This document shows, piece after piece, positions 23,101 to 36,100 of a stretch of DNA of 64,000 bases. The notes beneath the pieces were generated by a model, which was given only the letters and a program-made list of their open reading frames with translations, did not search any database and had not been told where the DNA came from. This DNA comes from Klebsormidium nitens (lineage: Eukaryota > Plantae > Klebsormidiophyceae), in assembly GCA_000708835.1 (NCBI GenBank), contig DF236994.1:223257-287256 (forward strand). Reading direction: 5' to 3'. The translations under genes and the position numbers were made by a program. Positions within the stretch are counted from its first letter, which is position 1; each line of letters starts with the position of its first letter.

Positions 23101-26100
23101 CTCGTGGGGGGCGTAGTTGTCGAGGTCGCCGGCATTGATCTGCAAACACGTGGCAGGGCGTCAGAAAAGAGGGGCGACATTCAGATGAAGCACGAACTCT
23201 GTCTACGTCACGGATGGCCGTTAAGGGGGCTGAAGAAGCTTAAGAAAAGATGTAAAGCCGAAGAAAAGATGGAAGCTATCACGGAGCGTGCAAGCGAATG
23301 GCGCGCCATGAAGGCAGATGAACACTGGCGATATTCAAACGATGCAAGAAAAGGAAGGTCAGCAAAAACTCAAAAAAACATCAAAGTACGCAGCCGAGCC
23401 AGCGTACAGCTCGTACCAGGATGGAGGGGTCGAATGGTGCGCGGCCATCCTTCCAGGCGGCGTCCAGGTAGCTCTTCAACGACATGCCCACGAAGCACTG
23501 CACAGTGACACGACAGATCGGAGTGAGCAAAGCCTTCAGTCCGATACAACTGCGACTGAAGGAGCGCCCGTTCCTCTCGTCTCAGTGCACCAGAAGTCAC
23601 GTCAAAGGCGGTCCGCTCCCATTGGACTGCAAGTCGAGCTTACTGGAGCGGCCCAGCCTTCTAAAATGTTGGATAGATCCTGCGCGCCAGAGTTTCGTTG
23701 ACGGACGGCGAGCTGTCTTACAGTCGCTGATTAAGGGTGCACACAGATCCACCTGTCCTGATTAGCTGTGCAGCTGTCCGTGTTGCTGTTATCACAGGCG
23801 TGATGAAGGATCCGTGGCACCATCTGCGGCGTCGACATTGCTCGATAGCAACATAGCAACATAGAACACACAGCCCTCCTAGAAAGGGCGGCCGGAACCG
23901 CTCGAGACTCCAAAGCCCGGAGCTCCCCTGATCGGTCGCACCCATGTGGTCAATTTCGCAGCGACTGCGATGCGGCATTTGTGGTTTTGCAGACACCCAA
24001 GCGACAATTGGCGACGCCCTCTTTAGCATGGGAAGAAAATCTCACCAGCTTGCGCCCCGTGGCGTCCGCTGCCGCCTTGACGCTGCCGAGGCGGTGCACG
24101 TTGGACGCGAACTGTGTAGTGATGACGCGCCCCGGATGCTCCGCGACCCTCCGCATGAGGCTCTTGGCCACCTCGGACTCGCTCACGGTGCGCCCGGGGG
24201 ACAGCACGTTCGTGCTGTCGCTCATCATCTGCGGTCGAAAGCACGTTTATATGCGTACAAACACCTTGTCAATTCGCGGGGCGGGTTGGATCCAGGACGT
24301 CCAATGCACACCCAGGGAACACCTGTCGCGCATCAATTGCGCCCGAGAGGAGGGAGAACGTTCTTAAGGCTGACCGCGGCCTGTGGTATGTGGAATCATA
24401 GACGGGATGGGGGACGCTGGGTCGTACCGCTTTGCAGATCAAGTTGCGGTTTCCAACGTCTTACGACATGGTAAAAAGGGAAGTGACAAGTTCCTGAACA
24501 CCAATCTGTAGAACCCACAGATTGCCATGGTAGGGCAGACCGAAATCTCTGTTGAACACAACATATAGATGCTGTCAACAAACAGCTGTCCAGAGACGCC
24601 CAAAACACATTCAAACACGACAAAAGGGGGCTCTTGCACGCACTCACCAGCGTCACCCCTTCCTGACCCACTTCCTCCAGAGCTGCCCTGTCGAAGATGT
24701 CCCCGTCGATGGGGCTCTCGTCAATCTGCACAAGGCAGAAGGCTTCGCAGGTCCGATATCCGATTTTAGCCGCTGACCGAAATCTGACACGAGGTCTAAT
24801 CGTCATCCTTCTGACCTGGGGACGCAGACTCAACGGCCCCGTATGAACCGCCCAGGTACGCGGTGTTGCTAGCGAGACGCCGACCTCATTCAGTAACTTC
24901 TTTGTCTTCCTAATCTTAGAAACTCGGCTCTTTCTAGTTTTCTGCAATTACCCAGGCCCTGTCCCTGCCTTGGGGTCCGGCTATCTCCCTTCCTCTTCCG
25001 ATGCTTGTATGCGCAGCCATCTCGTCTGTTCGCAGTTCGACTTAATGCCGGTTTCCTTCAACTTGATGATGCTTTATTGTTGGCACCACCACCGCGGAAG
25101 CTACCCAGCCTGGGCCTTTGGCTGAAGGATTTTGAATCCTCACTTTCGTGTCAACCAGAAAAGAACCGTCCCTCTCTCGGACCTCAGAACTCACCACTCG
25201 AAAGCATCAAACCACCAGCTTGACGGCTTCATTCCTAATTGGGTAGTTCACCGCAACACCGAAAACCTTTTCCCTGCCAGGAGATTCTTCGACTTACCTT
25301 CCAGTCTCCCGTGTGCACTATCGTTCCGTCCTCGCACCGGAAGATCACCCCGCACGCATCCGGGATGCTGTGCGTGACCCGTATGGGCTCCAACTCGAAC
25401 GGCCCCGCCGTGAATCGCTCGCGCATGCGGAACGTGTGGAAACGCTCGGGCTCCCACAGCCCATACTCTTTCATCTTGCGCTGGATGAGGTGGTACGTGA
25501 ACCCGGTGGAAAAGATGGGGGTCTTCGGATCCAGGGCTGGCACCACCTGGCAGGTTAGAACCAGAATGCATGATGCATAGACTTGTGCATTTGAAACCTA
25601 GGCTTGAAGAAAGGGGAGGACTGGAAGCTGGGGTTTAACTCACAGAAACGGTTTCACAGGGCCTCAGACAAGATGCTTTCTATACTTAGACAATGGAAAC
25701 TTTTGCTTTGGCCTATGCTCACGAAATGGAGGAAAAGGTTGAAATGAAGTGGTTTTCGCACTTACCCAGGGCAGGGCCCCAATATGGTCCTCATGCCCGT
25801 GTGTGATAAAGACGGCCTCAATCTTGTGCTTCCAGCGCGAGATGAACTGCGTGTCTGGGAGCACTCTGTTGATGCCAAGCTCGTCGAAACTGCACTTACG
25901 AGTCAAGTGGTTATTCACGGGCATTGATCGCCGAAGATGGGGGCTTAAAAGGGCAGTCTGCATGTTGGCGCCTTCGCACAGATTGACATGGAATCGACGA
26001 TGCTGTCGACGAAAGCATCGGCGCCGTATGGAGACTCAGAACTGTCACGCCTGGCATGTCCAGCATTCAGAATCTGCCCAGCGACAGCGCAAACTTCAAG

Positions 26101-27126
26101 TCCAAGTCGTTGTGAATCCCAAAGGAGCCCCAACCCGACCGAGGCGGGTTGCCCACTTTCCTCCTTACAGGGATACGGAGGAGAAAGAAAGAGAAGAAAG
26201 AACACAACAAAGTTGAACACTCAAAGAGCTTTGCAGTAGCGCCTCACTCTGGAAACATGAGCCCCGCGTCCAGCATGATGTACCGGTCGTTGTGCCCGAC
26301 CAACATGCAGTTCATGCCAATCTCTCCAAGCCCGCCAATGGGAAACACTCTCAGGGGGGGCCCGGGGAGGCCTAGGTCCACAATTCCACCCATCTTGCGC
26401 TGCGTGCTGTCGTCTCGGCTGCGGCCGGGGGCGTCCGTAAGGTTGTTAGGAGAGCTGGACTGACGGCGGCCGCCTGCGTAACAGAACATAACCAGTGAGA
26501 ATTTTGTCTCATTTCTGGGCCTTGCTGTGAGTACTAACTTGTATCGAAGTGCAAAGCATTCAAACTGAGACGATAGCCAACGAAAGCCAATGGCGTGGCG
26601 CCAAACTTTCAGCATTGCAATTGAGTAGACGTAATTGTAAAGATTGCAACTGTAGCTTTTCAATATGCGATTTGAGGGAATGAAGATGCACCACTTAACA
26701 CTCCCTGGAAAACTTTCTTTGGACAAGGGAAGAGGAAAATTTCTTGTAAGAGCAATAAACCAAACGGACACTTGTGACTGACGATTCCTCCACCAACATT
26801 TAAAAGTGGGTGTCATAACAAGGCAAAGACGAATATGTGCACGCACCTCGTCGATTGCCCGATGATGATGCTGCCATAACTCGCACATTTTGCCTGTGCT
26901 TGCTTTGAAAGCTCGTAATGGCAGGAAGGAAAGTTGCAAGGTCAGCGGAACGAAACCCCCATTTTCCGGGCTTCAAAACAGTCCCGCAGAAATCTGAAGC
27001 AGGGGTCTGGAGACAGGTTGGTTTGATGGAGCAGGTGGTTGGTGTTCTTATCTTTACATTGGTTTGACGCATAACACTGGGAGCTGGGCCTGTGAGGCAA
27101 CCAGCAGATGCCACCATTACCGCCAT
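20162..27126 (-). CDS. RNJ: Plastid ribonuclease J (metallo-beta-lactamase/beta-CASP). Exons 27126-26847, 26473-26248, 25889-25766, 25546-25298, 24725-24648, 24228-24046, 23497-23417, 23139-23074, 22681-22349, 21937-21839, 21502-21405, 20981-20162
   Basis: Motifs [81 protein letters not shown] and FLPVHGE. Exon 1 is Ser/Thr/Ala-rich and transit-peptide-like. All junctions are in phase, one with a GC donor. Confidence 0.96.
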
Positions 27127-27707
27127 CTTTCAAGAGCACGAAAGAACTACCCTCACATCACACGGATGAAGCTTCCTAACGTGCTCGACTTTCTATGTGG
27201 CAATCAGAAGCTCAGAATTGTGCCCATGCAAAACACCTTCAAAGCATCGCCCATGGCAGAATTTGCCTTCGCTTTTTGGCCAGCTGTCCACCTTCACTTC
27301 GAAGTTGGTGACTTAAGAAAGATGGCGCCAATGGCAGTTGCTTCGTTGACGGATTTGAGCCGTCCAATGTGTATCTTCCGTCACCATCTTGCATCTGAGC
27401 CGTACGATGGAGCCCTGGTTCTACCAGCACCTCTGAAAAGTGAAAAGTCAGCTTGACAATGACGGTCAAACGCTGGACAAGCTAAACGCGCTAGCTTTTC
27501 AGAGAAGGAGAACGGCGTCAGCTGGGGAGGTGGCCAGTTCCTAGCCAGGGCCTCTAGGGAAGAGTAGGGAAGAGGAGTGAAACGTTGGCAGCCTCGGATA
27601 CGAGCTGCAATTGGCGCAGAGTAGTGTGCTATTTTCTGCAGGAGGCTCAGTGCAAGCGGCGCCTTTTAATTGACAGAGAGCCCTCACGTCTGTTCACTTG
27701 TGCACGC

Positions 27708-30270
27708 ATGATGGCTTTCTCTGCGGCAAAGTCTACTCCAATGACCATTTTCAACCTCAATGAAAGAGGAATTGGCAGCGGGGTGGGGAGTGGGCAGCTC
27801 ATGTCACCAGTAAGGACCGTCAATTGCCCTTCAGTGCATGCACTGTTGCCCCATCAATTGTCTGGGCGAAAGCTCCAAGTCCAGAGCACGCCTACAAGGA
27901 GTCAACGAGTGGTCCCTGTTCCAAGGGCATCAAGTGGCCATGGCAGCATAAGGAAATCACAGCCAGGGGACGCAGTTCCTGGTGACTCTAAGCTCCAAGA
28001 GGAACTTGTCGATGTCCTAAGACTAGAAATTGCAAAAGCACAGATGTCCATGTTCTGCGATGCGGAAGCTGACAAGCTCCGTGAGATTGCTGCGGAGGGG
28101 CTCCGGGAGCTGGACCGCAAGTTCCAAAACACAATTCTGAACACGTGCAATGAAGTTGATGCTGAGGGCGAGCGGGTGAGTTGGAGGCAGCATGTTTTGG
28201 AGTGCTCTGATTGCAGGAGATGTTACATGCAACGAGGTCAATTGTGTCTTATTCCCCTGTTGCTTGCAGGCAACTGTGAGCCTGTGCGTGTGTTGGATAT
28301 GAAACTAGGGTTCGCCACAAATAATGCATCTCTATTTGAGAAACTTTGTTTAGTGGACCAAGACAAGAGGCTAGTAGTAGGTTGTCACACTTACCTTCTG
28401 ATGATCTGAAGGCATAAATATTGTGAGCCTCACAGCTGGATTGAAAGCCTTCGTGTGACATCGTTAATCGGTTATTAGACATCATGTTTCTTTGAATGCC
28501 CTATGTGGCTTTGTTGTTGATTGTGTCCTGTCAATTGTCATGTGCAGGCTTTGAAACGTTTGGATGCGGATGCTGCGCGGTTCAGGATGAGGATTGAAGA
28601 GAGCAAAGCTCAAGCTGAGGTAAGACAAGCTGGTGGCATGTTGCAGCACAAGATCGAGCATGCTAATAGTAGAAAGCATATCTGAAGCCTGATGTAGTGT
28701 GCACCACAGGCCTATGGTTCAATGAAGCCGGCTTCAGAGGGTGGCTCACCATGAGGACTACGTCAACCGAAGTGTCTGGAAGTTGGTGGTTCGTCAAGGT
28801 ATTTTTGGAAGTTAGATGTACTTCAGAAATTTGTTCCAGTCTGAGGGACAAGCTCTTCTGCTCAGGCTTCTGCGAGGGACTCGGAGCTGCTGGAGCAGAG
28901 CATCTTTGAGGCACGCAATGAACGCCTATTCTTCAAGAACCTCTACACGCCAGCCAAGGCAAAGTCCCCGCCAAGAACAGCCGCACAGGCACAGCAGCTT
29001 CAGCAGGTACGTAGGAAGCATGTGCAGCTGCAAGAAGGGCTAGAGATGAAGATCAGCATGTGCAGCTGTCAGAAGGGCTAGAGATGAAGATCAGCAGTTC
29101 TGGATAATCAGGAGGGACTGTCGAGGGAGGCAGGGTATTGATCTTGTCGTCAGTTGCACACTTTGCAGGTACTTGTGGAACTGATGCTGTTCTTAGCAGA
29201 GGACGAAACGCACTACTGGCTCCTTTTCTCTGCTCTCTGTCGTTGGTATGTTGGTCCCGGCAAGATTGGGCAAAAGTGACAATCTCTGATTGCTTGAAAT
29301 CTGATTGTTCTTCAGGAGCTTCAAGCCATCCGTGATGTGGCCGCTGACAGCTTCGGGTCAAGTTACAGACGGTTGCTTTATGGAGCGCTCTCAATCGTCA
29401 TGACATCTGCGCTCTGGAGCACAGCGACTGGTGAGGCCATCTGTGACTGTAGCTGGGCATTGCAACTGACCTTTTAGACACAGGGTATTCTGTGCTAGCA
29501 CACTTCCTGAACCAGTGACTCGTCCTGTTGGAGACCTGTGATTGTTGTCATGTACGACATAAGGGGGAGGAACATAAGCTCCTCGTGTCATTGTTGCACA
29601 GCGTTACTTTCGAATAACTAGTGTCGAGAGTACGTCGCAAACCCTTCTGGTGGGTTGAAGACAAACTCTTTCCTTGAAATTTCGGAGATTCCTGACATAT
29701 TAATGGTCTACTTGTGTTTGAAATTGTTCGGCAAAGAATGGGAGTATTTGAATACAAGCCTCCAGTCTTGACAGCGGCATAAGCAAGCACTCCTGAGCAA
29801 CCGACTCACACGTTAGAATGAAGTCGAATCGGTGTAAGGCATAGTGAACACTATTTCGTTGGATGAAAGTTGCTGAGCTGGAGTTGAGTCCTCATAATTC
29901 TCCTCGCTACGTCCACTGCTTCGCAACAGATGTTCTTGAGTTCCTGTTTATCTTGCCTTTTCAAACTGTCGCAGCTTTGGATCAGTTGCAAGAGTTGATA
30001 ACACAGTATCAAGAGCGGGATTTCGAAGCCGGGTCTTCTTGCCGCACAACAGAACACAGGAGCTTCTCCGATTTCTGATCCTTGGATCTGCTCCATTGCG
30101 CAGCTTTCACGTCAGGGAATCCCATTCGCTGGTCTAAGGTGGTGATTTACCTGGCGATTCTGGGGTGTATCTTCATGCAATTCTGGTTTGAGAGCTCTCA
30201 AACCTCCTCTGCCACAGCAAACGGTTCCGTCTCAGAGGCTGAGACTTCAAAGAAGGACGATAAGAAATGA
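27708..30270 (+). CDS. Conserved unknown plastid-targeted protein with coiled coil and two C-terminal TM helices (resembles recalled Arabidopsis AT3G09050-type proteins). Exons 27708-28175, 28548-28619, 28866-29006, 29316-29430, 30116-30270
   Basis: Transit-peptide-like N-terminus, helical acidic region, ARNERLFFKNL motif, then TM RRLLYGALSIVMTSALW and TM RWSKVVIYLAILGCIFMQF. Splice phases are consistent. Confidence 0.75.
29017..29096. repeat. 38-bp direct tandem duplication in an intron
   Basis: AGCATGTGCAGCTG(CA/TC)AGAAGGGCTAGAGATGAAGATC twice, plus a partial third start. Confidence 0.9.
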
Positions 30271-30892
30271 TGACTGGCTGAGGCCTTCTGTTCGACGTGC
30301 TTTTACTTGTACATAGACATAAACACTGGATGGGAGAACCAGTTATCGCTTCTCCCTTGTCAAATTGCCATTGTTGTACAGATCGACTAGCAGCTAAACA
30401 GTGTACAGTGCTTATTTGATTGCTTTCTACACGGATAGAGCTTGTGAATAACACCCCATAGCTAGCAACGTTGTGCATGTGCAAGAAAACCGTAACAAGG
30501 ATAGAGCAGTTGAGCTAGTGGCTGTAAAGCTAAGGTAGGCTTGCTAAGCTAGACCAGTGCAAGCAAGAGGGCACGTGTGATGTAATTCAGCTTGATACAC
30601 TTCTCCGAGTAAGTTCCTGCAAGATTGCTCTTGCTTAATGCTTACAAATGTTTGTGAAGCTTTGGCCGAATTTCTGGTTGTCAAGCACCGAGTGTAATGC
30701 TAAACCGGAAAGGGTGACTGCTCTACACTTTACAATTCCGCAAGTTCGTAACGCCAGTCGATCGGGTCTATTTAGCGTTACCAGATTTTCGAGGACAATC
30801 TTCTACTAAATCTATATACCTAGTCCACTTTGGTACCTCTTTATATGGGGACGCCAGCCGTCTGGCCTGCGAGCATGAAGTTTGAACTCAAG

Positions 30893-31260
30893 NNNNNNNN
30901 NNNNNNNNNNNNNNNNNNNNNNNNNNNNNNNNNNNNNNNNNNNNNNNNNNNNNNNNNNNNNNNNNNNNNNNNNNNNNNNNNNNNNNNNNNNNNNNNNNNN
31001 NNNNNNNNNNNNNNNNNNNNNNNNNNNNNNNNNNNNNNNNNNNNNNNNNNNNNNNNNNNNNNNNNNNNNNNNNNNNNNNNNNNNNNNNNNNNNNNNNNNN
31101 NNNNNNNNNNNNNNNNNNNNNNNNNNNNNNNNNNNNNNNNNNNNNNNNNNNNNNNNNNNNNNNNNNNNNNNNNNNNNNNNNNNNNNNNNNNNNNNNNNNN
31201 NNNNNNNNNNNNNNNNNNNNNNNNNNNNNNNNNNNNNNNNNNNNNNNNNNNNNNNNNNNN
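30893..31260. other. Assembly gap (368 N)
   Basis: Uninterrupted run of n. Confidence 1.
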
Positions 31261-31421
31261 AGTGTTAGTTGGAGCTTACTATAATATCTTTGCTTATTAT
31301 CATCTTTCTTGAGAATTATGCAGCGAGCCAGTCTGGTCTCCGGGTTGTCCGCCCAACATGTGCTTGCGGTATCTTGGAAGTTGGCCCCGGTCGAAGCGGG
31401 TAACTTTGCCAGCCTCGAAAC

Positions 31422-31446
31422 TACCCCGGGCCCCGGGCCCGGGGTA
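31422..31446. repeat. GC-rich palindrome (12-bp arms, 1-nt spacer)
   Basis: TACCCCGGGCCC-C-GGGCCCGGGGTA. Confidence 0.85.
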
Positions 31447-32558
31447 CCGCTGTCAGAGCAGTAATTCGACTTCTGCTGCCTGCATCCTCTTGCCAATTGG
31501 CATGCATTGCGAGTGCCAAGCAGCAGTAGACAACTCTCAAGAAAGATAATAGTAAGCCAAGATATTAGTAAGCTCCGACTAACACTAAAAACCCTAACAT
31601 AATTGAAACACCCGCTCCGCACCCGTACCCACCCTAACCACCATACTAACCCTACCCGTCACAGTACGGTTACCTTACTATTATCTGGGCTTACTACTAT
31701 TTTTCTTGAGTTTCATCAGCAGTAGCCAGTTTGTTACGGGGTCAATCATGTGTCAATCATACCGATCGACCGTACTTCGCGAAATCCGGCGGCTACACAT
31801 GACGGAATCATGCAGGGCCCAGCGGATGCGCCTAGCACCCGGGTCCCGGACTCCCGGTCCCCCGGGGTACCACCACGGCAAGTACTGTATGTCGTAATCT
31901 TTTTCCGGTTTCAAGCGTTACGTTTCGAACTTTCGACTCTGCGTCCTTCCGATTCTTGACGCCTCGATGAGTTGACGAGTCTAGCGTACACGGTACGATT
32001 CGTGGTCGGGCGTTGCCAAGCGACTACCCCGGGAGGACTTACCGCCCGATTCTGCTCGGATGTCGCCCGTACTTACGTAGTAGTCTGTACCGTACGAGAC
32101 CCTATACCGGCTCACCTTATTTTTCAAGCGCTTATCTGCAATGCTGGGACCAAATATGGACCATTTGAGACGCGGTTTTCTGCACATATCCTATCTTATT
32201 GAACCCCATCGAGGGCAGAAGTCGGAATTTCATTTGGCCCCGAGGAGGTCCTTGCAGCCCTGAAAACCTTCGATTTTGGCCAAAAAGAGCAAGAAAACTT
32301 GACGGATCGGCGATCGCCGTAGACTGGAACAAGATAACAAATAAACCGAGCCACTTCTAGCTCAGCCCGATCCACTTCTGGACCCAATTCGGTTCTGGGG
32401 CTCGTACGGTAGGTGTTCTGTAGGTGTTCGGAGGCGCCCTCGAACCGGCCCGGGAAGAGCAGCCCGGGACTCGACATCGGTGCAGCAAGTATGGACTCGC
32501 GGCATCCGGACTTGACCGTAACGTCCGAGTCGGAGGCTCAAGAGTCGAACAGTCTGAG

Positions 32559-32825
32559 TACCGTAGTGACTTGGGAATTCATCTTTTAATAATAATTTTG
32601 GCTCAAGACGAAAATTCAGAAACTAAATTGGACCCTGAGGGAGAAAAGGAGAAACAACAAAATTATTGGAAATCAGCCCAGATTGCTGTCAAACAAGGCA
32701 AACAAACCAAAATCTCAAATTTGGAGAAATGTAAAATAATATCTCTTATCGCAGGACGAAACCTGAAAACTTTCGAAAATAATTATTCGCGGCGCTTGGG
32801 GGTGAATTCCCAAGTCACTACGGTA
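32559..32825. mobile_element. Non-autonomous Tc1/mariner-type MITE: 263-bp element (32561-32823) with 21-bp perfect terminal inverted repeats and TA target-site duplication
   Basis: TA|CCGTAGTGACTTGGGAATTCA at 32559-32581 and its exact reverse complement TGAATTCCCAAGTCACTACGG|TA at 32803-32825. The interior is A-rich and non-coding. Confidence 0.85.
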
Positions 32826-33196
32826 TTGTCTGACACATAGGTAGGTCCGAGGCCGGTAGATCCGAGGTACGGTATTGAATTTCTGAACCCGAGATCTGCA
32901 ATGCAGATCAGCATGCTGTGCACTCTGGGCACAGGCAGCACTTGGCACTGATAGCACTGGCAGTCTGGCAGCATGGCTTTCGGCAAGAGTCGGGGCCAGC
33001 ACAGACATGGTTTTCTGTTTTTGCCTGATACTTTCCTTGGACCGCCAAGGACAAGTAGCTAGGTACTGGGAGGGAGACAAGCTGCGTTGTTCTCACAGAA
33101 AATTCTGGCTCTGTATCTTCAGAAGACGAAGTACAGGGGCTGCGCGGCGGGCTTGCAAGCTCTTTTGTGGGAGACCACTGCTTTTAAGGAGAAACC

Positions 33197-36100
33197 ATGG
33201 CGGGTAGCTCCAGCTGCTCAATGCATTTGGCTCTGTGGGCTACGCTGCTCTTTAGCGTGCTCTTAGGCTGGGGGGGCGCGGCGGCTTTCAACGTTACTTA
33301 CCTCCAGGGATGCGATGTTTCCAACAACCTGACCCAGCTGTGGCTGAATGGCACAGGCCTCAGGGGGCCAATCCCCCCCGAGATTGGCAAGTGTACGGCG
33401 CTGCAAGTTCTCAGCCTGAGCAATAATTCAAGGGTGAATGGGTCCATTCCGCCGGAGATTGGGCAACTGACAAATCTTAGGACCCTGGACTTGGGGAGCA
33501 CCGGCCTCAGTGGGCCTATACCCTCAGAGATTGGCAACTGCACAGCGCTGCAAGTTTTGACCCTGCGGAGCGCCTATAAGGTGAATGGCTCCATTCCCGG
33601 GCAGATTGGGCAATTGACCAACCTCACTACCCTCGATTTGGGGAGCACCAGCCTTACTGGGCCTATTCCAGAGGAGATTGGCAACCTGCCTAGTCTCCAG
33701 GCACTGGAACTGGCGTTTAGCTCTGTGGGGGGCTTCATACCATGGGACGCTCTTTGTTCAAAGACAAACCTCTCGCTGCTATTGCTCAACTCTACGGAGG
33801 TTGAAGGGCCCATCACGCGCGATATTGGCAAGTGCACGGCGCTTAAGTACCTTTCCTTGACTGGCAACACCAAGGTGAACGGCTCCATTCCCGTGGAGAT
33901 TGACCAGCTGGGTAAGCTAACAAAGCTTGATCTCAGTGGCACGAACCTCAGTGGACCTATCCCCAGTGCGTTTGGCAACGTCTCCAGCCTTGAGGTGCTA
34001 TTTCTGAATGATAATAATTTGACAGCACCGGTACCTTGGGAAGCCCTCTGCCAGCTTGCAAAGCTGTATTCTTTGAACCTAGGCGGCAACTCGCAGCTCA
34101 AAGGTCCGCCCCCCCCACCTTGTGTGTGGAGCTTAACACGCCTGCGGAGCCTGGCGCTAACCGACAGCCCAGTGTTTGGGGGAACCCCGCTCCCTTTGGA
34201 CTTTTGCCAGCTCGTCAAGCTGGAGTTTCTGTATCTTGGGTCTACTAACCTAAGTGGCACAATACCCCCTTGCTTAGGCAACATGCCAGGGCTCAGAGCG
34301 TTGGGTTTGTCTGCAAATCGGTTAGTGGGGCCCATTCCCTCCGAGCTTGGCTCGCTCCGCAACCTTACCCTCGCAACACTCAAAGACAACAACCTGACCG
34401 GAAACATTCCAGAGGAATTCAGCGATTTGGCCCAGTTAGTCTGGTTGAACATTGCTAACAACCAACTTTCTGGCCCGTTGCCCGCCAAGGTGTTTGAAGG
34501 CCTCCGGCAACTCATCTCTTTAGACCTGTCCAACAACAGTCTTACGGGGCCTATTCCCACTGAGATAGGCGCCAGCGGAGAGGCGTTTGACTTCCTCAGC
34601 CTGGCGCACAACAACCTCTCCGCAGTCATTCCCCCGGGTCTTGGTAACCTCTCCAACCTAACCTACCTGGATCTGAGTTACAACCAGCTGTCAGGCGAGC
34701 TCCCCGTGGAGCTGAGGGCACTCCGCCCCTCCAAGTTGGGCCACATCAACCTCCGGCACAACAACCTGACTGGGGGGGTGGGCCCTATCGGCCACCTCAC
34801 AGCCCTATCCGTGATTGCCCTCGACAACAACAATTTCAGTGGGCCTATTCCCACCGCGTGGTTCAACAGTACCGAGCTTGGGACGCTCATCCTCTCTTTC
34901 AACAGCTTCTCCGGGCCCATCCCCTCAGCCATTCGCAACATGCGGCCCCCCAACATCGCCGAAGTGTTGGCTCTATTCACCGGCGTTCCTGCCTCCCAAT
35001 TCAGCCTCGTGGAGGAGATCTTTGGGTCTATCACCATAAGCCTCGACTCCAACCAGCTCTCCGGCAGCTTCCCAGACATAGGCCAAATCAACGTCACCGC
35101 CATAATTTTCAATGCTTCCGACAACAAGCTTTCGGGTACGTTCCGTGCGGGGCCCTTCAAAAAGAAAAATTTTACGGCGAGCTACTTAGAGCTGAGCAAC
35201 AATGGCCCCCTCGAGCTCCTCCCCGGGTACAACCTGAGCGGGTGGGAGCTGGTCTCCCTCCCCAATATATCCTCCCAGGGGGATCCCCTCGTCGCGCCGG
35301 ACATGCGGGCGCTGACAATTGCGGGGCGCGGCATCCCCCCCAGCAAGAAACTAGACCTGGCGAGAATCCCCGCCACGTGCCCCTATGTATCTTACGCCAA
35401 CGGCAACGTCAACGACATCAGCTTCTGGGACGCGTGCGACAAGTCTTTTGGATGCGTTGTCAACCTCATTGGCACGGGCTCAAAGCTCAGCCGCGCGACG
35501 CGTGAAAGGGTATGCCTGGGCAAGATCTCGGTCTTCTTGGAGGGCGACTCGCCGAGAGTCCAATTCACAGCCTCGGGAGGCACGGGGTCCGCATTCCTGG
35601 TGAACCGGCAGGGCAGCGTCTACTTCAACGACTCTGCATTTGTCAACAAGCTCGACTTGGGCCCGGGCGGCGTGACTTATACCGGTGTCGACTTTCCACG
35701 CGTCCAACGAGGCAACCTGTGCCGCAACGAGGAGGCGGCGGAGGTGGTGGGCATCACCTATGGCGTCTTCGCAGCGCTTATTCTGGCCAGTGCTGCCGCG
35801 TGGTGGTGCGCCAGGGCCTGGGGCGTTTTCGATAAGACGGGCGGCAAGCTTTCGCCTCGGATTGCGCGTGGACTCGGCGCGGGCGCCTACCTCTGGGGCG
35901 TCGCGGGCTTCTTTGTATCCTGGGGCGATCTGGTGTCCGACGTCCAAGTGGTGGTCGAGATCTGGGGGGTGTGGTCCGCCTGGGTGATTCTGGGACTGAT
36001 CCTCGCGCCGTTTCTCCTGAGCGCGCTGTATGCCGGGCGCGTGCTCTTGGAAGGTTCTGACTACCGTTGGTCCCTTTCGGAGGTGAGAACCTTAACTCTC

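Noticed and set aside
20162-27126. Recent horizontal transfer of bacterial-type RNase J or TrmH
   Set aside because: Both have multiple spliceosomal introns, N-terminal targeting-like extensions and land-plant counterparts, consistent with old organellar functions.
27585-27707. Upstream TTG start given by the ORF track
   Set aside because: Eukaryotic initiation is expected at the ATG at 27708, where the transit-peptide-like sequence begins.
29863-30078. 71-aa ORF inside the last intron of the plastid-protein gene as a cassette exon
   Set aside because: No phase-compatible donor was found.
30830-31622. ORFs containing long X runs
   Set aside because: Artefacts of translation across the N gap.
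31588-31655. Interstitial telomere
   Set aside because: Only scattered CCCTAAC-like motifs, not a tandem array.
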